64,000 bases of DNA from Nemertoderma westbladi (lineage: Eukaryota; Animalia; Xenacoelomorpha), in NCBI GenBank assembly GCA_032718475.1, contig JAUCBJ010005606.1, forward strand, positions 1,471 through 65,470. Reading direction: 5' to 3'. Both the position numbers and the translations under genes were made by a program. The first letter of the stretch is position 1; every line of letters begins with the position of its first letter. A model generated the notes under the pieces. The model saw only the letters and a program-made list of their open reading frames with translations. It had not been told where the DNA came from and searched no databases. Positions 10,592 through 22,068 of this stretch are shown piece by piece.

Positions 10592-11599
10592 TTATAACTA
10601 TAATTCTACTGCATAATTTAAACAATTACATTTTCAGCTTTTTTTTTCTGGAAAACAAAATAATTATAGGATTAGTAGATATTGCCCGAAAAAGTAGCCA
10701 CCACTTTAATAAAAGTTAAACTTTCAAAAGTGAATTCTTGTTTTTAAAGTAGTCACAATATTATAAAGAATATATTATATCTATAAAGAAAATTTCAGTT
10801 TTGAAAGTAGACTATAGTAATAAATTCTACATCTTTGCAATCCCAACCTAAAGGTGCATCATGGCACTTCGGCACTATAACATTTTGGCTATATTGGTGT
10901 TGACATCCCGGTAGTGACGGCCATGAGAGTAAATTGGTGGAAATCGATACAGAATCGTATTATACTTTTGATATTTTGTATTAACCCTTAGTAGCATGGG
11001 CTTTATAAAATAAAGGGAAACTGAAATTTCTCAAAAATTTTATTCTGTAGAAAACAATTTCGCCATAAACTTTGCAAACAATTTCGATCACCACTATATT
11101 TTTTTCAACTTCATTTATGCTACTAAATGTTCCACATGAAATAATAAAAATTATGACACGTAAAAATGAACACATGTGTTTCCATATACATCTTGTATTC
11201 CATGAGTGAGTATACCATATATATATTATAAATTTTTGTTGCAACCAATAATAAATTATATATATATACCTATATGTAGATCACATTGCATAATGCAGAA
11301 TATGAAAAAGTGAAACATAAAATCGTTTTAAGTTGAACGAAAAGAAAGTTCTATATTAATTTTAATCCAATTTTAATTAATATTTATAATAACATGTAAG
11401 ATATTTATTATACTATTTTTTGCTGTCATCATCATTCATTATTCTGATATAAAATTTGTAATTTTCTACCATAATTGGCAGTGTGTAATTTTACTGAAAA
11501 TAATGTTATCTTATTGTTTCTCAGTAACATAATGTGCGAAATAAAGTAAAATAATGTGTATGTAAAATGTATATTTTGTGAAATATAGGAAAGAATCAT

Positions 11600-11790
11600 C
11601 GTTTTACTTCGTATCATCAATTACTTTCTCGAGATTATCCGAATCTTCTAGGCCCGTTTCCTTTAAGAGACGTATCAAAAAATTCTTAGGCAGTCAACCA
11701 AGCAAATGGCAAGGACATCAAATCACAAGATTGTGCACACTGGCTGGTAATTACGGCGGAACCATGCTATCTATTCTCAAACGGTCATCC
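11600..11790 (-). mobile_element. Degenerate RTE-like LINE 3' fragment
   Basis: Minus strand reads ..RLLKETGLEDSDNLEKVIDD, matching ILKDTGLEDADDLANVMGD of the 5937 ORF. Confidence 0.6.
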
Positions 11791-12210
11791 CTTATGATTC
11801 AGAAATATAGAAAAAATTTTTCGTTTTTTTATATAACCTACACATCCAACCATTATTGGTCTGTTTAAACATTTATGATTCTTTCAGAATAATGTTTATT
11901 ATTATTAATGTTTATCAAAATACAATGTTTATCACTTATTTTCAAATATTCATGTTACTTGTGATAGAATATTGTAATTACTTTTATGTATCATTAATAT
12001 TATTTAACATATTAGATTATTTACTGCATAAACTTAGTAAAGAAATATTTTAAACCAAGATCAATTGTTTTCAATAGACTCAGAAAAAACAAAAAATAGC
12101 ACATTATTTCACACCAATCCTAAAAGTATAATTTGATGAGAGATTGTTAGTGAGTGACGCAATTTACACATCAATGGGTCATAATGGAAATAAAAGATAT
12201 GAAATAAAGC

Positions 12211-12715
12211 CTACTACTACTACTACTAGGTCGAGCGACCTCGGACAGTGGAAATGAGATTCATCCAGGCTTCCCAATTCTCTATAGTAGTCACAATTTC
12301 GTTTCTCTCAAATCCAGTATCCCTTTCTAGTTGGTCTATAGATATTTCATAGCCGGTCGTCCACAACTACGCTTCCCATATGTTGGTTGCCAGAAAAGTA
12401 GATCTGGTATGACCTCGTCTTTACTTCGCCAGCAGTGCCCACTGAATCGTAATCTGCGTTCGCTGAGGGTGGTTGATACAGATGGTATTGTAACTACTAG
12501 CACTACAATGCATTGGGGTTGCTTTACCGGTTAATCGACAAAATTGGGCCGCCACAACATCCTATCACTCGTGACTTTCGTGAGATTACCTGCATCTTCA
12601 AGTCCAGTTTCTCAAGAAAGTCATGGACTGTCTACCATGCTCATTCTGTCCACGAGGCTACCAAAGCACAAGATTATGCACAGGACGGTCCTCTCTGTGA
12701 ATACAATGTCAAACC
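12211..12715 (-). mobile_element. Two adjacent RTE-like LINE 3' fragments with a (TAG)n tail
   Basis: (CTA)n at 12211-12228; minus strand RLRFSGHCWRSKDEVIPDLLFWQPTYGKRSCGRP; 12545-12715 is similar to 6220-6400. Confidence 0.75.
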
Positions 12716-13961
12716 AATTCAATTCAATAATATCTCCGATAATATCACATGCGACGTGAGATAATGCAACATAATACTAAAATTACATAAGTTATATAAT
12801 CAATATTAGTGAAAAATATAATAATTATATCGGCGGACCGATCGGATAGCTCATAAAAAATTATAATAATTGAACGATGAGATGAAGTGGTATGCCCTAG
12901 CCAAGTGTGTTATATGACAGGTTATAGGGTGTCTGAGGCACTCAGACTTCAAGAGTACAGGAATGTAAGTGCACAACCGAATAAAAGGATGTACGTCGAA
13001 TTCAAAATTCCCCCCACCGCATTTACATAAGTCCAACAGTAAAGAACGTAATAAAGGTAAAAGTGTATATATATAATAAGTGTATCGAATTATAAATCAA
13101 ATCTGTCTTAAAGGTTGTCAACAATAAAATAATAATAATAATAACTAATATAATATTGCCAACTTGTAAAAATATAGTTCCTGGCCAGTAGGTAATGGTT
13201 ATAATAATTATATAATGTAAATAATATTGCCAACTTGAAAATTTATAGATCCCGGCCAGTAGGTTAATGGGATGTACGTACAATCACATTATATCGGACT
13301 CTAGCACCATGGGGGACGAGGATACATTGTACTTTCAACTGTAAATCTGATATGGTTGCTTTTATGGTGTGCTGTGCCGAGCACACTTTTCAGTTTTACA
13401 TTGGGAAGACCATACAGAAAATCCACCAACGTATATGAATGGTCACCGATCCATGATTCGGAATTATCCTAAGAGATTCAATGATTATATGTTTTACGAG
13501 GTTATCCTGCTAGCTTGCCATTTATTCCTCTGTGGCGTACAGAACTTAGCGATAGCTGCAGTCGAGCAGTACAGGGACACTAAGACTCTACTGGCTGCCG
13601 AAGGTAACCTGATATGTCTACATAACCCGCCATTAAACCTAATTAAACCAGCTATTTGATCTACATATTATTTACGTAAATACAACTCGACAATGACCTA
13701 ATAATCTTTGTGTCGTGTTATTTTGATTTTGCCTATGTGGACACAATCAATATACAGGGTTTTTGTATGGTGGTGATTTGCGGCCACATTTACTTTTCTG
13801 ATATAATTTAATTACTTTTCCTTTTTACTATCAGCTGTTCCAACAATTTATTTTCCTTTCTTCTCTATCAGTTGTTACACACTTACAGGTTCAATTTTCA
13901 GCAGCATTATTGTCGCCACCTAATTTTATACGAATTGAATTTGCTATTAAGCAGCAATACA

Positions 13962-15100
13962 ATGGGTGATCATTTGTTAAATTACTTTAAATGTGGATTT
14001 AGTCACAAGGAAATTTCTGATCTTCTCAATGAGGATTTTGACGAAGACATTTCCGTGCGAACCATAAGGCATGTTCTTGGGGACCCTAAAGAGAAGGTTA
14101 CATCTAAATAGACTACCGGAAATCATTTCAGCCATTAAAGCGGAGCCCCCATGTGGGTACCACCATATGAAGCGTATTGTTATGTTTAAATATGTACTGT
14201 TCGTACGTGAAGAAGTTGTAGCCCTAATTCACAGGGTTATTTATAGGCCCAGATAGTGTAAAGCAGCGATTGGGAAATAAACTGGTTAGACGAACGTATA
14301 GTTCCCTCGGTCCACATTATCTACACCAAATAGACCTGTGGGATAAACTGAGAATCTATGGTTTAACAGTTAATGGGTCTATTGATGTGTAGAGTTGTAA
14401 ACTAATCTGGTAGCGTTGTTCGTCAACAAACAACGATCCCTTTGTTATTGGTTGGACGCTACTTTTTAGAAGCTATCACAGAATTAAATGGGGTTCCATA
14501 CGTAATTTGTTCTGATCGAGGAACCGAAAATGTAAATGTTGAGACCTTAACTTGCAAAGGTTTCTGAGACTAGCGCATGGTGACAATCGTGTCGAAAATG
14601 TAAAAGAGTACCTGTATGGTAAAAGCTCACGTAACCAAAGTATTGAGGCTTGGTGGTCCAAATTTCAACAACTTGGAATGTGTAAGTGGCTAAACCATTT
14701 CTCAGAGTTTGACCATGATGGAAGTGTCGATACCTCCGACATGGTTCATATTGAAATTGTTCGTTTCGTGTATCTTGACTTCTTACAGAGATGTCTTAAT
14801 ATTTATTGTTAGAGCATTATGGAATTTGCACAGTCTCAGAAAATCGGTCTCACTTCAAAATGTGGCAAGACTAATATATTATTCCTGGACCAACCCAACT
14901 ACTTACGGCCACTGGAACTAGAATCAATTGATATAATTAAATTTCTCGCTGTTTCAGAGGTACCCCCCTGTATGGAGACAGTATGTCTTTATGTGAGGAT
15001 TCCCTTGTGAGGATCTGTTACCGCTGACTTCAAACATCCTACGAACTGTACTGGTCTTCATGATTGTAAAAACACTTTACTCTACTCACTCCTAGATTCA
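13962..15100 (+). pseudogene. Decayed DDE integrase-core transposase (rve-like; resembles IS3EU-type) with N-terminal HTH-like region
   Basis: Frameshifted pieces: MGDHLLNYFKCGFSHKEISDLL..ISVRTIR; GPHYLHQIDLWDKLRIYGLTVNGSIDV; STNNDP; VPYVICSDRGTENV; YLYGKSSRNQSIEAWWS. Confidence 0.75.
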
Positions 15101-15297
15101 TGAATGGCTTTCAAGAAATTAATGAAATTAAATGATTAAGTATAAATTTAATGTCATTCGCTTTTTATAATGTAAATGCACATAAATAGGGACCGATAAA
15201 CCCTAGACTGGTTTATGGAATTAATATTCTTAATTATTTATCTACTAGTTGCATCAGAGCTCAGCCCTAATTCTAAAATCAAAAATAAAGCAGTAAT

Positions 15298-15639
15298 GGG
15301 GCATTCCATGTGAAATCATCCAGGTCAAATAACTAAGGTCTTCAGATTTCCTTCAAACATTCACAGTTTGAATATGAATGCAAAATGATCGCTTACCAAA
15401 TATTACCCAATATGGCCCAGGTATTCAAAAGTTATTGCTATCTCAATTTTCAGATTTTTCGGGGCTCCGCATAAGATAAGGCCTAATTAGCAGAAGCCAC
15501 TGTAGCTTAAAAATTGGTAGTACTTAATGGTATTTTGTCTCAAAAATGAGTGTTTGTGGGTTTTCAGGCATGTTGAATTTAAAAATGCAGTCAAAACTGT
15601 GAAATGTGTTGGCCTGGATGATTTCACGTGGAATGCCCC
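15298..15639. mobile_element. MITE with about 30-bp TIRs
   Basis: GGGGCATTCCATGTGAAATCATCCAGG at 15298 versus CCTGGATGATTTCACGTGGAATGCCCC ending at 15639. TSD not clean. Confidence 0.85.
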
Positions 15640-15740
15640 TAACCTGGTCTTCGTTATGGTTTTGCTCAGAATAACGTGCCACTGTAACCTGACCATTGAG
15701 ACGAGATATTAAAAAAAAAGACATTCAGAAATATTGGGTA

Positions 15741-15816
15741 AAAATAAACACCCACTACAACTCAAAAATAAACACCCACTACAACTCAAAAATAAACACC
15801 CTCTACAACTCAAAAA
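15741..15816. repeat. 3 x 24-bp tandem repeat AAAAATAAACACCCACTACAACTC
   Basis: Directly visible. Confidence 0.85.
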
Positions 15817-16197
15817 TTGTTGTGGTTAAAAATTGATTAAAAGGTTTGTGAACTTCAACGACCTGTAATCGTTGAATAGAATACAGTTTAACGGAATTTA
15901 TATCGTTCTAATATTCAATGTTAATGCCGAGGAATATGGCGGCGAGTGGGGTTTGTACTCAGAATTTAGCAAGGGAAATTTTCGAATTGTCTATCAGATC
16001 TTTTGGGATGATGAACCTTAATGGTAAATAAAATATTATTGTGGGAGGCAGGGAGAACCTTATTTCCCAAAAGTATTTTTTTTATCCGTATTGCCTATAG
16101 TCTTTAATGATATTTTAACTAAGTACCGTATTCCACAAACCTTTATTTCACCATTACTACTAAGCACAAAAAAACAAAATGAATGTTTTGAATGTTT

Positions 16198-16863
16198 TTA
16201 AGACATTGAAAATAAATCCTTTAAAGGCAAACCATTGTAAATACAACTCGTAATAATTATTTTAGCACATATATCCGCAACTAAACGATAGTGCCGATTA
16301 TCGGTTCTTTCAAATCTCAGTTCACCTGAAAATGTGGGATACCGTGATCCACTTCCAAATAGAAGGATGTCACTCAACTCAACCACCTTATGTACAATTT
16401 CTCCGGAATTATCTTCAAAAATAGAGGTGGTTAGTTCGCTCTTGCTTACTCTCTTTAACAATTGGAAGTATTTAAACGTGATTTCAGTTTCCTAGCCTTC
16501 TTCAGTATTAACAGAAGATTCGTAGACTGGTACAAAGCACTGCTTTGCCACTTCATAGGATACACTACATTTCACAAGAGACTTTAAACTTTCGTCAGGA
16601 AAATGCTTTATAATTTCCAATACACCATATGATCACAATCCATCTCTGAATTGACTCAACTCTTTGGCCACTGAACTCAGAACTGTGTGACGTATCAATA
16701 ATTCTAAAACCCGATCTCTGTCAGCTATTCCGAGACTTCTGGTCGTGCCAACTATCCCCATGTCAAACCGATGCTCCTGAAAATTATCCAGGGAATTTTG
16801 AAACTGGTCATCCGTTAATAGATCACCTAATAATTTTAATTTTTCAAGACAATCTTCATCAGC
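16198..16863 (-). pseudogene. HECT E3 ubiquitin ligase domain remnant (G2E3-like)
   Basis: One minus-strand frame with 2 stops: ..LLIRHTVLSSVAKELSQFRDGL*SYGVLEIIKHFP..LSDILLFGSGSRYP..LVADICAKII, matching HECT C-terminal motifs, with Cys at the expected catalytic position. Confidence 0.7.
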
Positions 16864-16884
16864 AGAAAAGAAATATTATTATTT

Positions 16885-17142
16885 GGACCCACCTTGGTGT
16901 AGTGGTTGCATTGAATTCACATCTCTTGTAGGTAGAGGGTTCAATCTTCGCATTGGCCAGGGCAGTTTTCGTTTCGGTACGAATGCTTTGAAGGGACCCG
17001 CCAGGGCTCAAGGGTAGCTAAATGAGTACTGGAGTTTCCTCTGGGGAGTATAGTTCTGGGGGGACCGCACAGGAAACTAGTCGTCAGACTTTGTGCGCAA
17101 TCCCTGGCCTAACGGCCGAAGAAAACTTATTTTTACTTTATT
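16885..17142 (+). mobile_element. tRNA-derived SINE-like element
   Basis: A box TGGTGTAGTGG, B box GGTTCAATC, internal TAAATGAGTAC, and a T-rich (TTTAC-like) tail. Confidence 0.55.
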
Positions 17143-17214
17143 TCAGAAAATGTAAATGTGGTCGCAAATCACTACCGTAGTTTTGTTTGTTTCTTTTTGT
17201 TTTTTTTTGCTCTT

Positions 17215-17255
17215 GAAGTTTGAGGCAGGCCGGTAGCCCGAAAACGTTTAATTTA
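17215..17255 (+). ncRNA. Degenerate hammerhead-like motif (Penelope-type), copy 1
   Basis: TGAGGCA-GGCC-GGTA-GCCC-GAAAACGTTT, same layout as 27402 and 32945 but with an imperfect stem and core. Confidence 0.3.
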
Positions 17256-17499
17256 TATATATTATAATATCAGCCAATAAAACCCACTTTTTACTTAATA
17301 TTAATTATTATATAATAATTGAACACGTCCTGTTAGTAATGCCTATAAAACATATACAATATCATTACATAGTACAATGTAATGCAACTGAGTAAATGCA
17401 CCATTACATTGGCCCCAAGCCTCATATCGAAGCCCTGCCGCCCCCCCCCCCCTCACACCCATGTATATTTTATCTTTTGTTAAGAGATGTTTTTAATGC

Positions 17500-18310
17500 A
17501 ACAAAGGCAGACCTATTTTGTATAAATCGGTAAATTTAGTTTCCATTGAGTTACAAAGCCTCAAAGAATAACTATTATACAGTGTTGTAGAAACCACTGT
17601 AACCCCGTATGCCAGGCCCAGGCTGTTAATTAATAGTAATAAGTGAATTGTTGTGGGCCTATTACATTATATATTCAATTCACTGATTATTACTGATGAT
17701 ATTAGATAGCTGTCAAAAAATAATTGTTTTGAAGATGACCGAGTGCGGCATCAATGTGCATCGCTTACAAATGAGAAATTATTTTTTAAATCAGATTGGT
17801 CGCATCGGTAAAAAAAATGCTGAGCATTAAAGATGCTAGTTGGACTCCTGGGTTCTAGGGTGGGTTCAGGGTCATCACTCGCTCGTTGTCCTGGTTGCAA
17901 TAAATGATGACAAAAGTTGATAAAGTGGGAAAGATGATGCCATGCGATCAGAAAAAGTAACACAGCGTATAATTTTATTGATTTTGGTTCCAATTTGCTT
18001 AATGAATGTCGAGCCAACAGAATACCATAATATAATGCCATATGTAATATAAGGGTGAACCATGGAAAAGTAAATGTGTTTTAAGGATGTGTATTGGAAA
18101 CACAATATGCCTCAGAAGATATTGAAACTTTAGATATTTTTTTAATATATAATAATGTGGGGCTTAAAAGATAGATTTTCGTCAATGCGAATTCCCAAGT
18201 ACTGAGCAGAAACCGGTTTGCATTGTCGAAATTTAATTTGTTGATAGTATTCGAGAAAAAAATATACTCAGATTTTTTTTAAATTTATGGAAAGTATTTT
18301 TTAGAGTTAT
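17500..18310 (-). mobile_element. CR1/L2-group LINE 3' fragment
   Basis: Minus strand YLGIRIDENLSFKPHI and LKHIYFSMVHPYITYGIILW..IIRCVTFSDRMASSFPLY, typical of the post-RT region. Confidence 0.7.
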
Positions 18311-18834
18311 ACATTAACATAGTGAATAAGTTTACAGGGGATTCATCAATAGACAGTTGTATTCATCAATGGACCAATTCCACCATTGCCATTATAAAAT
18401 CTGCTGATACGAGGGCAAGTCGCCAAACACCCCCATGTCCTTAATCAGAAATTTATCAGTCTGTCCAGTCCGCATTCGGTACTCTTGAACCCCCACTGCG
18501 CTAAGGGAAAGCTTATCTACAGCAGTCAACTCGCATTGGGGACCCGAGTGTTAGAGAATTAACTGAGAATAATCTAGTGACTTGCCCCAGGTTCACCAAT
18601 GGCTTGGTTGGTCGGGGTGGGACATGAGAGTAGCCTCCAACTCCAGAATCGCTCTCCCCATCACAATCTGGCCTTCCTGGTGACCCAGGGTTTGGGCCAG
18701 AAAGGTCATTAGGAAAGGGACTCAAAGAATTGTTGGCTGCTCTCTCTCCAGTAGGGGGTGAGACAGACCTAGTGAGACAGAAGTAGCCTCCAATTCCAGA
18801 ATCCGTTATTGGCTGGATCCTTCAAGATCAGTTT

Positions 18835-19095
18835 TTGGCTGTATTTCCTCGACTTCTGAAACTAGTGGGTGATGTTACCATGACCCCATCTTCATTATGA
18901 TAATCTATGGACGGCATGCATATAACATGATCCAAAAACAATTATGAATTGTGGTGCAAGATTGTCACCCTGGAGCACTTCCCATGGATCTGTGTCACCA
19001 TCAACAGTAAACACAAATATTGTGGAACTATTGTATATTTTGTATACTATATATATATTGTGGATCTGATTGCAGCAATAATTCTCCCAGGAATC
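18835..19095 (-). mobile_element. RTE-like RT fragment
   Basis: VDGDTDPWEVLQGDNLAPQFIIV, homologous to 5480-5560. Confidence 0.7.
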
Positions 19096-19097
19096 GG

Positions 19098-19188
19098 AAA
19101 AGCACCATAAATACAATAAAAGCACCATAAATACAATAAAAGCATCATAAATACAATAAAAGCACCATAAATACAATAAAAGCACCAT
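19098..19188. repeat. 20-bp tandem repeat AAAGCACCATAAATACAATA (about 4.5 copies)
   Basis: Directly visible. Confidence 0.85.
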
Positions 19189-20769
19189 ATGCTGAAAGTA
19201 TCTGTATCAAGTAAAAATATCAAGCACTGATTCGTAGGACATTAACAACCCCAAAAAATGTTTACAAATTAATCAAATATTCAATCGTGTTATCTTGATA
19301 CAAACAATCTCCTTCATTATATGCAGGAAGAATAATTATATATTATAATGTAAATATGTTTGATTTAAAATGAGAAATTAAATTTAATCACATAATATCA
19401 AAGTTCACTCAAAGTTGCTACCTATTGATTACAAGAAATAATAGAGTTCATAATGGTTTACAATAAATAGTTAATTAAACAATTTAGTTGTTATTTAAAG
19501 CTATAATAATACCATAATAAATTAATTAGTTTAACTTCCATTACATCTTCGATAATAACTCTATTCCGGGGGGTGTAAACGCTAAGTCGACAATCATCGG
19601 TAATTATCAATTGAAGGAAAAGAACAGGTTATAGGGGAAGAATATTCTGGCTAAAACAATAAACCAGAGTCCAATTCACAGATTACAGCTTCATATTTGT
19701 ATTAGCAGTGAGTGTAAGTTGTGGTCGTAGCCAAAACGTATACATCCCTTTGAAGTGAGTAAATCCTAATCGTAACGCACATGGTGTTTACATTCACACA
19801 AAAATAGCTCCCCAGTGCCTATTCTATTGTAAAAAGTACCCCCCCCTCCTGTATAAATCAGATATGGGAAAATAACCCTATGCGTCAAAAATACAAAACT
19901 CAGGTTTCAAATTTTTCTTTCAATAATGGGTAAGCGAATCGCTGTTGTATGAAATAAACAGCCACAGTTCCAGACAATGGGGCTATACATTATACAAGTG
20001 CGTTTCCATACGTCCGTTGATGATTAGTTTCTTGTCCTTGCCATCTTAACCAGATCAACCCGCTCTGCCACTGTCTGACTCCATAACTCTCGCATTATAT
20101 CACATTAACGTATCTATAGTGCATTATACTAGGCCCTGTCATTTACACCACTTTTTTATGTGCTATTTCGATTTTCCCTACCGCATTTTGTTTTGTATAA
20201 TTTATCCGCTCCGTCCAGTCAAAGGCGTGCTGCACTTTACGTAATTCGAATTCACTGAATCGAATCATCGAATTTCATTTACAACCGTTTCGTTTTAAAT
20301 TAACCGTCCTGCTATTTTTTAAGTTAATTGTAAAATTCTTGAAAATAACTTTTCATAAAAACTCAGAAATTTGTATCATTATGAGTTTGTAAATTATTTT
20401 TCTTTGTCTTTATGTGTCACATACTTTTCATTTGGTTCAAACTACCCCGTTTGAGGCGTTAAACCAGTTGAACGAACTATAATACAAACATACAGCTAAA
20501 CTACGCCATATCCATACTATTAATTATACTCTGTTTAAATGGCGGCGTGGCATAAAAACCCTCCGATTTCTCAGAAAATGTTTATGAATTTAATGAAATT
20601 TATTACAGTTAAATGGTGTTACAGCACTATTTTTTTTTGCGAAAGTCACAATTATAAATTTTGCACTATTAATACCTGGTGTCATCCGTAAATACATTTG
20701 GATTTATAACTATTACTTTCATCCAACACTTTTTACATAATATGTAAGTAAGTAGAATAGTTAATTACA

Positions 20770-21505
20770 GAAACAGCAGAACCAGTACTCATATTTGGGA
20801 CTCTATGCTGGGCTCTATATGCTGAAGACATGCCTTCCCATTAGTATTCGAAGGTCTTCACATGACTTCCTTGCCCACAATGACAATCACAGCTAACAGA
20901 AGTTGTATACATTCTCAAGCACACCATCCTTTATGCTCATACGTTCAGACATTTCTTGAGGACTGTCAAAGTTAACTGTCAAAATTGAGGTCTTCTTAGA
21001 GTTAACACATACACCAACACTAGAAGCAGCATGTTCTAATGATCTGAGGAGATGTTGGGCTCCCTGTAGTGATTCTGAGAGTACTACTAAGTCATCAGTA
21101 AAGTCTAGATCAGGTACTTGGCTGGATTTCCTCGACTTCTGCAACCAGTAGATGTGTTACCATAACCATAACCCCATCGTTATTATGATGATCTAAGGAC
21201 ATGTGTAGGACATATTTAACCACAATTATGAATAAGGATAGTGCATATTACCAATGACTTTGGCGAGATTTGCCAATTCTTCAAGGCCGGCGTCCTTTCA
21301 GAGGCGTCTTACTTTCTCCATTAGGCTGCTAAAGCACAAGATTGTGAACAAACTGGTCCTAAAGGCGAAAGCAATATCCTGCAAAGCGGAGGCGGCTCTG
21401 TCCAAGTGTCAAGCTTGGGGGAACCAATGAGACACCTCCAATGTTATATAGTGTCTGGTTGTAGATGTGTGCATTGTACTTGACACAGTGAACCCGGCGG
21501 CATAT
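20770..21505 (-). mobile_element. Rearranged RTE-like LINE fragments
   Basis: DLDFTDDLVVLSESLQGAQHLLRSLEHAASSVG (RT [Y/F]ADD-region variant) and RRVHCVKYNAHI..RLRFAGYCF; same family as 5385-6474. Confidence 0.8.
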
Positions 21506-22068
21506 TATACAATAATATATAAAATACAATGTGTAGACTTTATTTACCGCTTGTCCCAAACACACTGTCTCTATACTTTATAAGGGGGATGGGGAATCGA
21601 GAGGGGAAATAAATACATTACTGTATTTACTGTGCCATATGCAACTTTTATTGTTAATATAAATATATTCTTATTATTATCAATGAACATAGGGAATTAG
21701 ATGTGATTCTCTGAAGCTATCTGGATAGTGTCTACACCACAAATAATAAACCAAGTGCGACTGAAATCTCAGTAAATAATACTCGGAAAGTTGTAAGATA
21801 AATCGTCACCTACTCTGTTTCTGGACCACTTGGTTGGTCCGTTTGGGGACGCCTCAAACACCAATCTCCTGATTATTCATTCATATAACATTATTGATGT
21901 TGGCCCTGTCAAAGCAACGTAGTAGGTGTGCTGTAGCTAATACTAATAATGAAAAAAATTTCGTACGAGAGATTATGGTGGAAGATATTAAGAGATAGAC
22001 TGATGGCCAATTGATTTCGTAAAATAGATTTACCATTGAATTAACTGTTCTGGTCTTATATAATAGTT

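Noticed and set aside
10981-11005. piggyBac-like end TTAA|CCCTTAG
   Set aside because: No partner inverted terminus found.
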